Source: an uncultured Actinomycetota bacterium (GTDB lineage: Bacteria; Actinomycetota; Actinomycetes; Mycobacteriales; Micromonosporaceae). Taken from it: a stretch of 64,000 nt of DNA. Position numbers and translations under genes: made by a program. Location of the stretch: NCBI GenBank assembly GCA_963818495.1, contig CAWFSH010000012.1, positions 73,008-137,007 of the forward strand. The letters are read 5' to 3'. The notes beneath the pieces were generated by a model that did no database searches, was not told the DNA's origin, and saw only the letters and a program-made list of their open reading frames with translations. Positions 38,137-46,681 of the stretch are shown piece by piece (within the stretch, counting starts at the first letter, position 1; every line of letters starts with the position of its first letter).

Positions 38137-39588
38137 TTGCCTGTCGACTGGGCCGCGTTCGGCGTCGACCTCCATCTCGAGGTCGGCACCGGCGCCGGGC
38201 GTCGAGTCGCGCTCGAACGCGCGCTCCGGGACGGAATCCGCGCGGGACGGCTTGCGCCGCAAGCGAAGCTGCCGTCCACCCGCTCCCTGGCCAAGGAATT
38301 GGGGCTCGCTCGCGGGACCGTCAACGCCGCCTACGACCAACTCATCGCCGAGGGATACCTCGAGGCACGCGCCGGGTCCGGCACCGTCGTTGCCGGCCGC
38401 TCCTCCGAACCGGCCACCACCACGGCGCACCCGGTCGCCGACGAACGCCCTCGCTTCGACCTCCGGCCCGGAACCCCGGATGTGACGGCCTTCCCGACGT
38501 CCGCGTGGGTGCGATCATTGCGACGGGCATTGGCCGCCGCACCGGTTTCCATTTACGGGTACGGAGATCCGCGCGGCCGTGCCGAGCTACGCCGGGCCCT
38601 GTCGGAGTATCTCGGGCGAGCGCGCGGAGTCCGGGCCGATCCCGATCGGATCGTCGTCGTCTCTGGGTACGTACAAGCGTTGGCGCTGCTGACAAGGGTG
38701 CTCACCGGCGCTGATTCACCACGCGGGATCGGCGCTGCGATCGCCATGGAGGATCCGGGCCTCGCGTTCCACCATGACGTGGTCCGACACCACGGAGCCG
38801 ATATCGTCTCGCTTCCCGTCGACGGGCGCGGCGCGCGTACGGACCTGTTGTCCGACAATGCCTTCCGGAACGTACGGGCGATCGTGGTCACGCCGGCCCA
38901 CCAGTATCCGATGGGTGTCACGATGCAGCCCGATCGCCGGCACGCCGCCATTACGTGGGCGGTCAAACACGATGGCTTCGTCATCGAAGACGACTACGAC
39001 GGCGAGTTCCGCTACGACCGGCAACCGGTCGGCGCGCTCCAAGGCACCGCACCGGATCGCGTCGTCTACGTCGGCACGGCGTCCAAGACGCTCGCGCCGG
39101 CGGTCCGGCTCGCCTGGATGGTGCTGCCCGACTCGCTAGTCGAGCCGGTCGTCGAGGCGAAGCGCTACGCCGACGTGTTCACTGAATCGATCGGCCAACT
39201 CACGCTGGCCGATCTGATCGCGAGTCACGGATACGACCGTCACGTCCGATCCTGTCGGCTGCGATATCGTCGGCGCCGCGATCTGCTCGTCACCCGACTC
39301 CGATCGCATTCGCTGCACGGCATTGCCGCCGGCCTGCAAGCGCTCGTCTCGTTGCCGCCCAACGGACCGAGCGAGCTGGACGTCCTTCACCACGCCGCAT
39401 CGTACGGCCTGGCCGTTGGTGATCTCGGCAGTGAGTGGTTGAGCACGCCGCCGGCCACGCTCGACCGACCGGCCACGCTCGACCGGCCGCAGGGACTCGT
39501 CGTGGGTTATGCGACTCCGTCGGAAAGCGGCTTCCCCGCCGCGCTAGATACGCTCGCGCGCGTTCTCCGTACGGCAAAACGCTCCTGA
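38137..39588 (+). CDS. MocR/PdxR family regulator (GntR HTH fused to PLP aminotransferase-like domain)
   Basis: Intact 483 aa, TTG start. LPSTRSLAKELGLARGTVNAAYDQLIAEGYLEARAGSGTVV...YGDPRGRAELRRALSEYL...VTPAHQYPMGVTM...FVIEDDYDGEFRYD...YVGTASKTLAP. Confidence 0.9.
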   Translation: MPVDWAAFGVDLHLEVGTGAGRRVALERALRDGIRAGRLAPQAKLPSTRSLAKELGLARGTVNAAYDQLIAEGYLEARAGSGTVVAGRSSEPATTTAHPVADERPRFDLRPGTPDVTAFPTSAWVRSLRRALAAAPVSIYGYGDPRGRAELRRALSEYLGRARGVRADPDRIVVVSGYVQALALLTRVLTGADSPRGIGAAIAMEDPGLAFHHDVVRHHGADIVSLPVDGRGARTDLLSDNAFRNVRAIVVTPAHQYPMGVTMQPDRRHAAITWAVKHDGFVIEDDYDGEFRYDRQPVGALQGTAPDRVVYVGTASKTLAPAVRLAWMVLPDSLVEPVVEAKRYADVFTESIGQLTLADLIASHGYDRHVRSCRLRYRRRRDLLVTRLRSHSLHGIAAGLQALVSLPPNGPSELDVLHHAASYGLAVGDLGSEWLSTPPATLDRPATLDRPQGLVVGYATPSESGFPAALDTLARVLRTAKRS

Positions 39589-39668
39589 CAACGACCCCGC
39601 GCGGCCCGAGCGGCAGACGGGCCGCGAGAACCTAGCCCACACGGCGGTTGGCCCGTCACACTTGGGGC

Positions 39669-40616
39669 ATGACCATCGCCGGAGTGACGCGTGAGTTGCT
39701 CGTCCGGTATCTGGATGTGTGGACGCCCGCGGCGCTGCGCAGCGCAAAGCGTGTCACATTCGCGTACGCCTGGTCGGCGCCCGGCACGGCCGAAGACTCG
39801 CATACCGGCACAAAGAACACCAACGGCGATTCGACCGAGCCGCACGCCGCGACGGCCGAGGCGGCCCTGCGTGGGTTCGCCGAGTTCGACGACCTGCTGC
39901 GGGCGCGCAAGCTGACCTACATTGTCGTCGGCCCGGATGGCGACATCGGACGGCATCTGGAGGGCGTACAGGCTGAGTTGCGTACCCCCGCGAACCTGAC
40001 CGTACACGTGCTGGACGGCCAGCCCGAGCAGCTCCTGACGTCGGCGATGACCGCGGCCGGTTCGGGCGGGGCGCCGTTGCTCGTGTGTTCCCACGTCGCC
40101 GCGCCCATCGAGGGGTTGCACGGTGCCGGTCGACCGGTCGAGCAAATCGCCGTCCTGCCGCCGGGCGATTGGATCCGGCAGCGAAATACGTTGCACGCCA
40201 ACGGATTCGCGCTGACGACCGGTGTCGAGTTCCTGGCCGCCGATGGAGACGCCTGCCTGGTGAGCCTCGCGACCGATCGTGCCAACAGTTTGGACGCGTT
40301 CAAGAACGCTCTGTGGTCAGTCGACGAGTACGCCGGCGTGCGCTACCGCGATCCCACCGATCCGGGCGGGCATCTCCAGGACATCTCGCTCGAACCTCAT
40401 CCGGGGCCGCTGCGCCGGGCACTCTTGACCCATCTCGGCGCCACCGGCCCGCAGACGGTGACGCAGCTAAGGCACTTCGTGTTGACCGAAACGATCTACC
40501 GCGCGTCGGACGCGACGCGGGTGATTTCCGCGCTGCGGCATGCCGGCGCGGTCACCAGCGACGCTCCTCACGGCCGGTTATCCGGTGATGTCGTGGTCGC
40601 GCGGGCGGGGACCTGA
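39669..40616 (+). CDS. hypothetical protein
   Basis: Intact ORF with coding-like composition: MTIAGVTRELLVRYLDVWTPAALRSAKRVTFAYAW... The C-terminal ~70 aa (LLTHLGATGPQTVTQLRHFVLTETIYRASDATRVISALRHAGAV) looks like a winged helix. No family assigned. Confidence 0.55.
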   Translation: MTIAGVTRELLVRYLDVWTPAALRSAKRVTFAYAWSAPGTAEDSHTGTKNTNGDSTEPHAATAEAALRGFAEFDDLLRARKLTYIVVGPDGDIGRHLEGVQAELRTPANLTVHVLDGQPEQLLTSAMTAAGSGGAPLLVCSHVAAPIEGLHGAGRPVEQIAVLPPGDWIRQRNTLHANGFALTTGVEFLAADGDACLVSLATDRANSLDAFKNALWSVDEYAGVRYRDPTDPGGHLQDISLEPHPGPLRRALLTHLGATGPQTVTQLRHFVLTETIYRASDATRVISALRHAGAVTSDAPHGRLSGDVVVARAGT

Positions 40617-40630
40617 CGGCCGCACGGGGC

Positions 40631-41560
40631 TCAGGCTTCCTGCCGAGCCGGTACGGGTATGTCCGCCCCGTGCGGCCCTTCCGCCCCTGCAGCGCCCACC
40701 CCCGGCACCGCTAGCTCCGGCATCGTCGGCTCCGGAACGGCTAGTCCTGGCACGGCCACAGCGATCGCCCGGCCTCGCACCCGCCAGGCGGCCCAGCCGG
40801 CCGCCACTCCGAACTGCGCCCAGGCGCACACGCCCAGTATGGCGACGGCGACGACCCCGTCGAGCCACCAGTGATTCGCCGTGCACACCACGACGAAGAT
40901 CGTGACGGCGGCGTGGATCGGGCCGAGCGCACGCCACCGGCCGCGCCCGATCCGTACGGCGTACCACGCGATCAGTACGGCCCAGAGCACGTGCACCGAC
41001 GGCATCGCGGACAGCTCGTTGGCGGCATCGCTCGCGTACACGGACTGGCCGTAGAGCACCGCGGTGTCGACGAATCCCGACCCGGCGAGGATGCGCGGGG
41101 GTGCCACGGGAACGAACGAGATCACGAGGCAGACGAGGGTCGAGATCGCGAGCACCGTGCGCACCTGCCCGTAGCGGTCGCGATGCCGCACGAACAGCCA
41201 CAACAGGAACACGAAGATCATCGCGAAATGCATCGTGTCGTAATACAGGTTCGCCGCTTGTACGAACGCCGGATGGCCGAGTACCAAGTGCTGGACGGAC
41301 AGCTCGGATGGGAAGTGGAACGCGTGCTCGAATCGGTCGACCCACCGCGCATGGCGTACGGCGGTCGGCTCGTCGGAAACCGTACGGTTGGCAACGAACT
41401 GCCAGACCGAGTAGAGCGCGGCGATCAGCGATGCCTCGAACGCGAACGCGGCGGCGACGCGGGTCCACGCCGGACGCGCGCAACGGAAGGCGATCCCGGC
41501 GACGGCGAGCGCAGCGGTGAGCTCCGTCGACTGCGGCCAGGTCAGCATGACGTTGTGCAC
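40631..41560 (-). CDS. PAP2 superfamily membrane phosphatase/phosphotransferase (PAP2_3-like)
   Basis: Intact 309 aa, multi-TM. ...YYDTMHFAMIFVFLLWLF...ELSAMPSVHVLWAVLIAWY...VVCTANHWWLDGVVAV (PSxH and HWxxD motifs). Confidence 0.8.
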   Translation of the reverse strand: MHNVMLTWPQSTELTAALAVAGIAFRCARPAWTRVAAAFAFEASLIAALYSVWQFVANRTVSDEPTAVRHARWVDRFEHAFHFPSELSVQHLVLGHPAFVQAANLYYDTMHFAMIFVFLLWLFVRHRDRYGQVRTVLAISTLVCLVISFVPVAPPRILAGSGFVDTAVLYGQSVYASDAANELSAMPSVHVLWAVLIAWYAVRIGRGRWRALGPIHAAVTIFVVVCTANHWWLDGVVAVAILGVCAWAQFGVAAGWAAWRVRGRAIAVAVPGLAVPEPTMPELAVPGVGAAGAEGPHGADIPVPARQEA

Positions 41561-41629
41561 GCTGAAAGATTATGCCTGGCCGGCTGCCGGCGGAGCCCCG
41601 GTCGCGCTATCGAGCGGCCGTTTCAACGC

Positions 41630-41755
41630 GAACGCTAGCCCGACCCGAACGCTAGCCCGACCCGAACGCTAGCCCGACCCGAACGCTGGCCCGACCCGAA
41701 CGCTAGCCCGACCCGAACGCTAGCCCGACCCGAACGCTAGTCCGATCCGAACGCC
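41630..41755. repeat. 17-nt tandem repeat, 7 units plus a partial (GAACGCTAGCCCGACCC)
   Basis: Units start at 41630, 41647, 41664, 41681 (CTGGCC variant), 41698, 41715 and 41732 (degenerate). Five units carry GCTAGC. Lies between the MFS stop (41737) and the PAP2 start (41560). Confidence 0.92.
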
Positions 41756-43104
41756 GGGCGGTCGACCGCCTTACGCCGGGCCACCAGGTAGAGGGCCCCG
41801 ATCGCCAACGACGTCAGGCCGCCGAGGAGCAATGCGTAGCGGGCGCCGAACGAACCGCCGATGGCACCGACGATCGGCGCCCCGATGACAGTGCTGCCCT
41901 GCCAGGACATCGACCAGATCGCCATCACCCGGCCGCGCATCTGTGGCGCGCTTTCGAGTTGCAGCAACGTCTTGGCCGCCGAGTTGAACGTGATCGCCCC
42001 GGCGCCGACCAGAACGATGACGCCATAGAGCACGGCCAGGTTCGGTGCCCCGGCCGCCGCCACGATGAGGATCCCCCAGATCGCCGCCGACAGCGAGAGC
42101 GATCGCACGCTCAGCCGGCGCCGTTTCGCCGCGGCCAGCGCACCGCCGATAGACCCGATGCCCAGGCAAGCCATGATCGTGCCGTAGACAGCTGCGCTGC
42201 CGTGAAACGTCTGTGTCGTCAGCAGCGGCAGCGTCACCGGGAACTCCCACGCAAACGTACCGGTTACCAGCACCATGACCAGTGGGGCGACCAGTGCCGG
42301 CGTACCGGCGATGTATCGCAGTCCCGCGCGGATCTGACCCCTCGAACGGACCTCTCGCTGCGACGGCATCAGCTCCGATGTGCGCATCGCGACCAGGCTC
42401 GCAATGACCGCGACGAACGAGATCGCGTTGAAGAAGAAGCAGGGCGTCACGCCGACTGTTGCGATGAGCAGACCGCCGACCGCGGGCCCGACGATCCGGG
42501 AACTGTTCATCGCAATCGAGTTGAGCGCGATCGCGTTGGCGATGCGGTCGCGGCCGACCATGTTGCTGATCAGGCTCTGCCGGGCCGGGCCGTCGAACAC
42601 GTTCACGATGCCGAGCGAGACGACGATCGCGATCAGCGCGAGCAGCGTCACGTGCCCGGTCAGCGAGAGCACGGCGAGCACCAACGACAGCAGCGCCAGG
42701 CAGATCTGCGTGATGATCATCATGCGTCGCTTGTCCGACCGGTCGGTGATGAGACCGCCCCACGGCCCGAGCAGCAGCAGTGGCACGAACCGCGCGGCCG
42801 TCAACGCACCCAACACGACGCCGCTGTGGCTCAGCTGCAGGACGACCCAGCTGATCGCGACGTTCTGCATCCAGCTACCGGCAACCGACGTGCTCTGCCC
42901 GAAGAAGTAGAGCCGGTAGTTATGGATACGCAGCGACGCGAACATACCTCCGACACCGGACGCCGCCTCGAATGACTCGACTTCATTCGGCCCCTCGGTG
43001 ACGGACGCAACGGGTGCGACGGTCGCTGGCTCGGCGTCGTCGGCCCGCGGACCATCGTCGAGCGTGCCGCCGGTCGACTTCCGGTCGCCGGTGGTGGCGG
43101 TCAC
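41737..43104 (-). CDS. MFS transporter
   Basis: GTG at 43104. MFASLRIHNYRLYFFGQSTSVAGSWMQNVAISWVVLQL...GGLITDRSDKRRMM...; intact, multi-TM. Confidence 0.88.
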   Translation of the reverse strand: MTATTGDRKSTGGTLDDGPRADDAEPATVAPVASVTEGPNEVESFEAASGVGGMFASLRIHNYRLYFFGQSTSVAGSWMQNVAISWVVLQLSHSGVVLGALTAARFVPLLLLGPWGGLITDRSDKRRMMIITQICLALLSLVLAVLSLTGHVTLLALIAIVVSLGIVNVFDGPARQSLISNMVGRDRIANAIALNSIAMNSSRIVGPAVGGLLIATVGVTPCFFFNAISFVAVIASLVAMRTSELMPSQREVRSRGQIRAGLRYIAGTPALVAPLVMVLVTGTFAWEFPVTLPLLTTQTFHGSAAVYGTIMACLGIGSIGGALAAAKRRRLSVRSLSLSAAIWGILIVAAAGAPNLAVLYGVIVLVGAGAITFNSAAKTLLQLESAPQMRGRVMAIWSMSWQGSTVIGAPIVGAIGGSFGARYALLLGGLTSLAIGALYLVARRKAVDRPAFGSD

Positions 43105-43150
43105 CGCGATTTCCCTGGTACGTAACGACGCCAGTGCTTGTCCGCGGCCA

Positions 43151-43669
43151 TCAACGGGTCGGCGTCTGGTCGTCGTGGGTACGGTGCGCCAGGGCATCAT
43201 CCATGGCGGCACCGAGCCAGGACAGGGCTTCCATCAGGCGCGGTCCGTCTGGGGAGCGCGTGGAAAGGTCGAGAATCCGTTCGACCATTGCCCGCTCGAC
43301 CCGGTCGAGCACGGCCTGACCCTCGACGGTCAGCTTGAGCGCGACGGCGCGATGGTCGTCGCCGACGCTCGACCGGCTGACCAGACCGCGCTGACACAGC
43401 GAGTCGACGGTCGCACTCACCGTCGGCTTGCCCAGCGCGAGATTGCGGCCGACCCGTGAGGCACGCTCGTCACCGGAGCCGATCGCGGCGAGCACCCGAT
43501 AATTCGCGAGACTCAGCTCGGTGGATGCCTTCTCCAGCATGCGGGACACCCTGGCCAGGCCGCGGACCGCGGCGATGGCGGTCCCATCGGGCGCGCGGCG
43601 ACCGGCCGTGCGGCTCGTCGCCTCGCTTGTGGTGGTCCGCGTCCGCTTCTCAACCGCCACATCAGCCAC
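43151..43669 (-). CDS. MarR family transcriptional regulator
   Basis: LSLANYRVLAAIGSGDERASRVGRNLALGKPTVSATVDSLCQRGLVSRSSVGDDHRAVALKLTVEGQAVL. Confidence 0.9.
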   Translation of the reverse strand: MADVAVEKRTRTTTSEATSRTAGRRAPDGTAIAAVRGLARVSRMLEKASTELSLANYRVLAAIGSGDERASRVGRNLALGKPTVSATVDSLCQRGLVSRSSVGDDHRAVALKLTVEGQAVLDRVERAMVERILDLSTRSPDGPRLMEALSWLGAAMDDALAHRTHDDQTPTR

Positions 43670-43688
43670 ACCACGATGCTAGCACATT

Positions 43689-43707
43689 TAGTTCGGTCGA
43701 CGAACTA
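43689..43707. promoter_or_regulatory. candidate MarR operator (TAGTTCG-N5-CGAACTA)
   Basis: Perfect 7-bp inverted repeat 20 nt upstream of the marR start, in A/T-richer sequence. Confidence 0.35.
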
Positions 43708-43736
43708 CCCGCCAACGGACGAGCGCGCACAACGAG

Positions 43737-43767
43737 AGCGGGCCGGGCGCGATGCGCCCGGCCCGCT
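43737..43767 (-). terminator. strong hairpin downstream of the glycosyltransferase/dehydrogenase operon
   Basis: AGCGGGCCGGGCGC-GAT-GCGCCCGGCCCGCT, a perfect 14-bp stem, ~50 nt after the inferred dehydrogenase stop. Confidence 0.6.
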
Positions 43768-43814
43768 GCGATGCGGTTTGCTCGCCGATGACATCCGGCC
43801 GTGCAACGAGCCGA

Positions 43815-45099
43815 TCAGCCGCCGATGACGATGCGCTGCACGCCGGTCCAGCGCTGCCGGATCCGTGACGCGACGGCCATCCACGAGCACCCGTACGCCC
43901 GGCAGGTCAGTTGCCGACAACGACCGGTATTCGGCGTGGTCGGCCTGGATCACGGCCGCGGTCACCGGTTCACCAGCGTGCGGCGGGAGCCCGAGCGCGG
44001 ACAGCTCCGCCGAGCTGTACATCGGATCGGACACGTACGGCATGGCGCCGCGGGCCCGAAGCGCGGCCACGGTCGGGAACACGCCGGAGAACGCCGTCTC
44101 CTTGACCGCTCCCCGATACGACGCGCCGAGCACGAGGACACCGACGCCGGACAGGTCGCCGTACGCCGACTCCAGCAGTGAGACCGCGTACTCGGGCATC
44201 GCCGCGTTAGCCTCGCGGGCCGACCGGACCACCGTCGCCGCCGGGTCGTTCCACAGGTACATCCGCGGATAGATCGGGATGCAGTGGCCGCCGACCGCGA
44301 TGCCGGGCGCGTGAATGTGGCTGTACGGCTGCGTATTGCACGCCTCGATGACCTTGGTGACGTCGATGCCGACGGTGTCGGCGAAGCGTGCGAACTGGTT
44401 CGCCAGGCCGATGTTGACATCGCGATAGGTCGTCTCGGCGAGCTTCGCCATCTCGGACGCCTCGGCCGAGCCCAGGTCCCAGACTCCGTTGGGCCGCGGC
44501 AGGTCGGGGCGATCGTCGAAGTCGAGGACGGCCTCGTAGAACTCCACGCCGCGACGGGCCGACGCCTCGTCGATGCCGCCGACGAGCTTCGGATAGCGGC
44601 GCAGGTCGGCGAAGACCCGGCCGGTCAGCACCCGCTCCGGGCTGAAGACCAGGAAGAAGTCGCGTCCGGCACTCAGGCCGGAGCCCTGCTCGAGCATCGG
44701 CACCCAGCGGCCCCGGGTGGTGCCGACCGGCAGCGTGGTCTCGTAGCTGACCAGCGTGCCCGGCTTGAGCCCACGGGCGATCGCCTGCGTCGCGTTGTCC
44801 ATCCAGCCGAAGTCGGGCGTCCCGTCCGCATCGACGAACAGCGGCACCACGACGACGACCGCCTCGCTCTGCGCGACGGCCGCCGCGGTGTCGGTGGTCG
44901 CGGTCATCAGACCGGCCGCGACCGCCTCTTTGAGCTTCACGTCGAGATCGGCCTCGCCGGGGAACGGCACCATACCGTCGTTGACGAGGTCCACGACGTG
45001 CTGCGAGACGTCCGCGCCGACTACCTCGTGGCCTTTGCTGGCGAACTGGACCGCCAGCGGCAGCCCGATCTTGCCCAGCGCGACAACGCAGATCTTCAT
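43815..45099 (-). CDS. nucleotide-sugar (UDP-ManNAc/UDP-GlcNAc type) 6-dehydrogenase; one frameshift near 43855
   Basis: ATG at 45099: MKICVVALGKIGLPLAVQFASKGHEVVGADV...FLVFSPERV...AKLAETTYRDVNIGLANQFA...PGIAVGGHCIPIYP...VLGASYRGAVKETAFSG. A natural-looking C-terminus (RWTGVQRIVIGG, stop at 43815) appears after a 1-nt shift. Confidence 0.88.
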
Positions 45100-45112
45100 C
45101 CGGATTTCTTCC

Positions 45113-46650
45113 TCAGTTCGTGTCAGCCGGCGGCGAAGCCGGGCAATCAGCTTGCGCGGACGGATCCGCGCACCTTGCAACATCAGTTGACCTCGGTCGC
45201 TCTTCGTCAGTGTGGCGAGGTAGACACCGTGTGCCGTGACACACCAGGCTCGCTGGTTTCCGTCGACCGCCGGGGCGCGTACGGGTGTCTCCCGAGCGCC
45301 GGAGACGTCGTCGACCGACCAGACGTACAGCGGGCCCTTCGTCTTCGCGAGCTCCGCGACGTGAAATGCTACCGAAACGATCTGGCCGTCGGTCGTTGTC
45401 GTCGTGAGTGCGGCGACGGGACCGGCGCGAAGCTTCAGCGGCCTCGGTGCTCACGCCGGCCGGTCCGGACCGGGCGCCGCGAACCGTCATGACCAATTTG
45501 TCGGACAGCAAGCGGGTACGAGCGGTGAAGATTAGGTCGACCTTCTCGACCCATTCCTGCGCGACTCGGGTCACGTCGAAACAGCTGTCCGGCAAGCCCG
45601 GCCGTCGCATCGCGGAAGCCCGGATAGGCCGCATACCATCGCCCGGCATCGACCACGGTGGGCGGAGTGCCGTGCTTGGCATCCTGCCGGATGACCGCGA
45701 CCAGCTGTTCGCGCGTGCCGTGCTCGGCAACCGCCAGCCGCACCCGGGATTCCGGCCGCAACCGATCGCGGACCGGCTCGGTGAGATATGCCTCGGCGAG
45801 CCGAGCCACACCGGCCCGCACTCGTCTCCTGCGCATCCGGCGCCGCCCGAGAAAGCGGTCCTCGACAAGCTTGGACAGCTCCCACTCGAAATGCCGGACG
45901 AAGATCGCGTCACGTCGCGGACCCGGCTCGACCAGACTCGCGACGAAGTCCATGATCGTCGCGGTGCAGGCCAGCCGGGCCAGGTCGTCACTGGCGTACG
46001 TGATGTTGAGGGCGTTACGGCGCCGGACCGAGTAGTAGAACCGGTAATCCGACAGCACGGAGATCCGGTTCGCGCGCAGGCACGCCTCGAAGGTGAACGG
46101 CTGATCGCTGCCGACGGGCATGTCCTCCGGGTAGCGGATCTGGTGCTTGTCGAGCAGGTCACGGCGGAAGAGTTTCGTGTTGGACAGGTGATAGGGCAAC
46201 GGCGAATCGAATAGGTCGACCGACACCTGATTGCCGTTGAAGATGGCCTGATGGGCGTAGCGTCCATTGACGCCGACCATGCGGCCGGCGACCACGTCGG
46301 ACTCATAGTGTCGGCCGCGGTGACCAGCCGCTCCAACGCTTGCGTGCCCAAGTAGTCGTCGGCGCCGATGAAGAACACGTAGCGGCCGGTGGCGGCGTCG
46401 AGTCCACGATTACTCGGACCGCTGGGCCGCCCGAATTGGGCTGGTGGATCACCTTGATCATGTCCGGGATATCGGGTCGCGAATCGGTCGAGTTCGGCAC
46501 CACCGCCGTCGGTCGGAACCGTCGTCGACCGCGATGACCTCCAGCCGATCGAGGCCGATCGGACTGAGAGACGAGAGAGGTCAGACACCGGGTCAGATAC
46601 GGCATGGTGTTGTAGACAGCAATGATCACGAACGTCGGCGGTGCCGTCAC
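45113..46650 (-). CDS. family 2 glycosyltransferase with large C-terminal domain; at least 4 frameshifts; 3' end approximate
   Basis: GTG at 46650: VTAPPTFVIIAVYNTMPYLTRCLTSLVSQS; DGGGAELDRFATRYP; MIKVIHQPNSGGP; SNRGLDAATGRYVFFIGADDYLGTQALERLVTAAD. Then ORF 45435..46295: VVAGRMVGVNGRYAHQAIF...LFRRDLLDKHQIRYPEDMPVGSDQPFTFEACL. Confidence 0.82.
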
Positions 46651-46681
46651 CGTTCGGCTTCCATAGCGCTGCCCGCGGTGA

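Noticed and set aside
41630-41755. 17-nt repeat array as a CRISPR array
   Set aside because: Units are contiguous with no spacers, the unit is far shorter than CRISPR repeats, and no cas genes are present.
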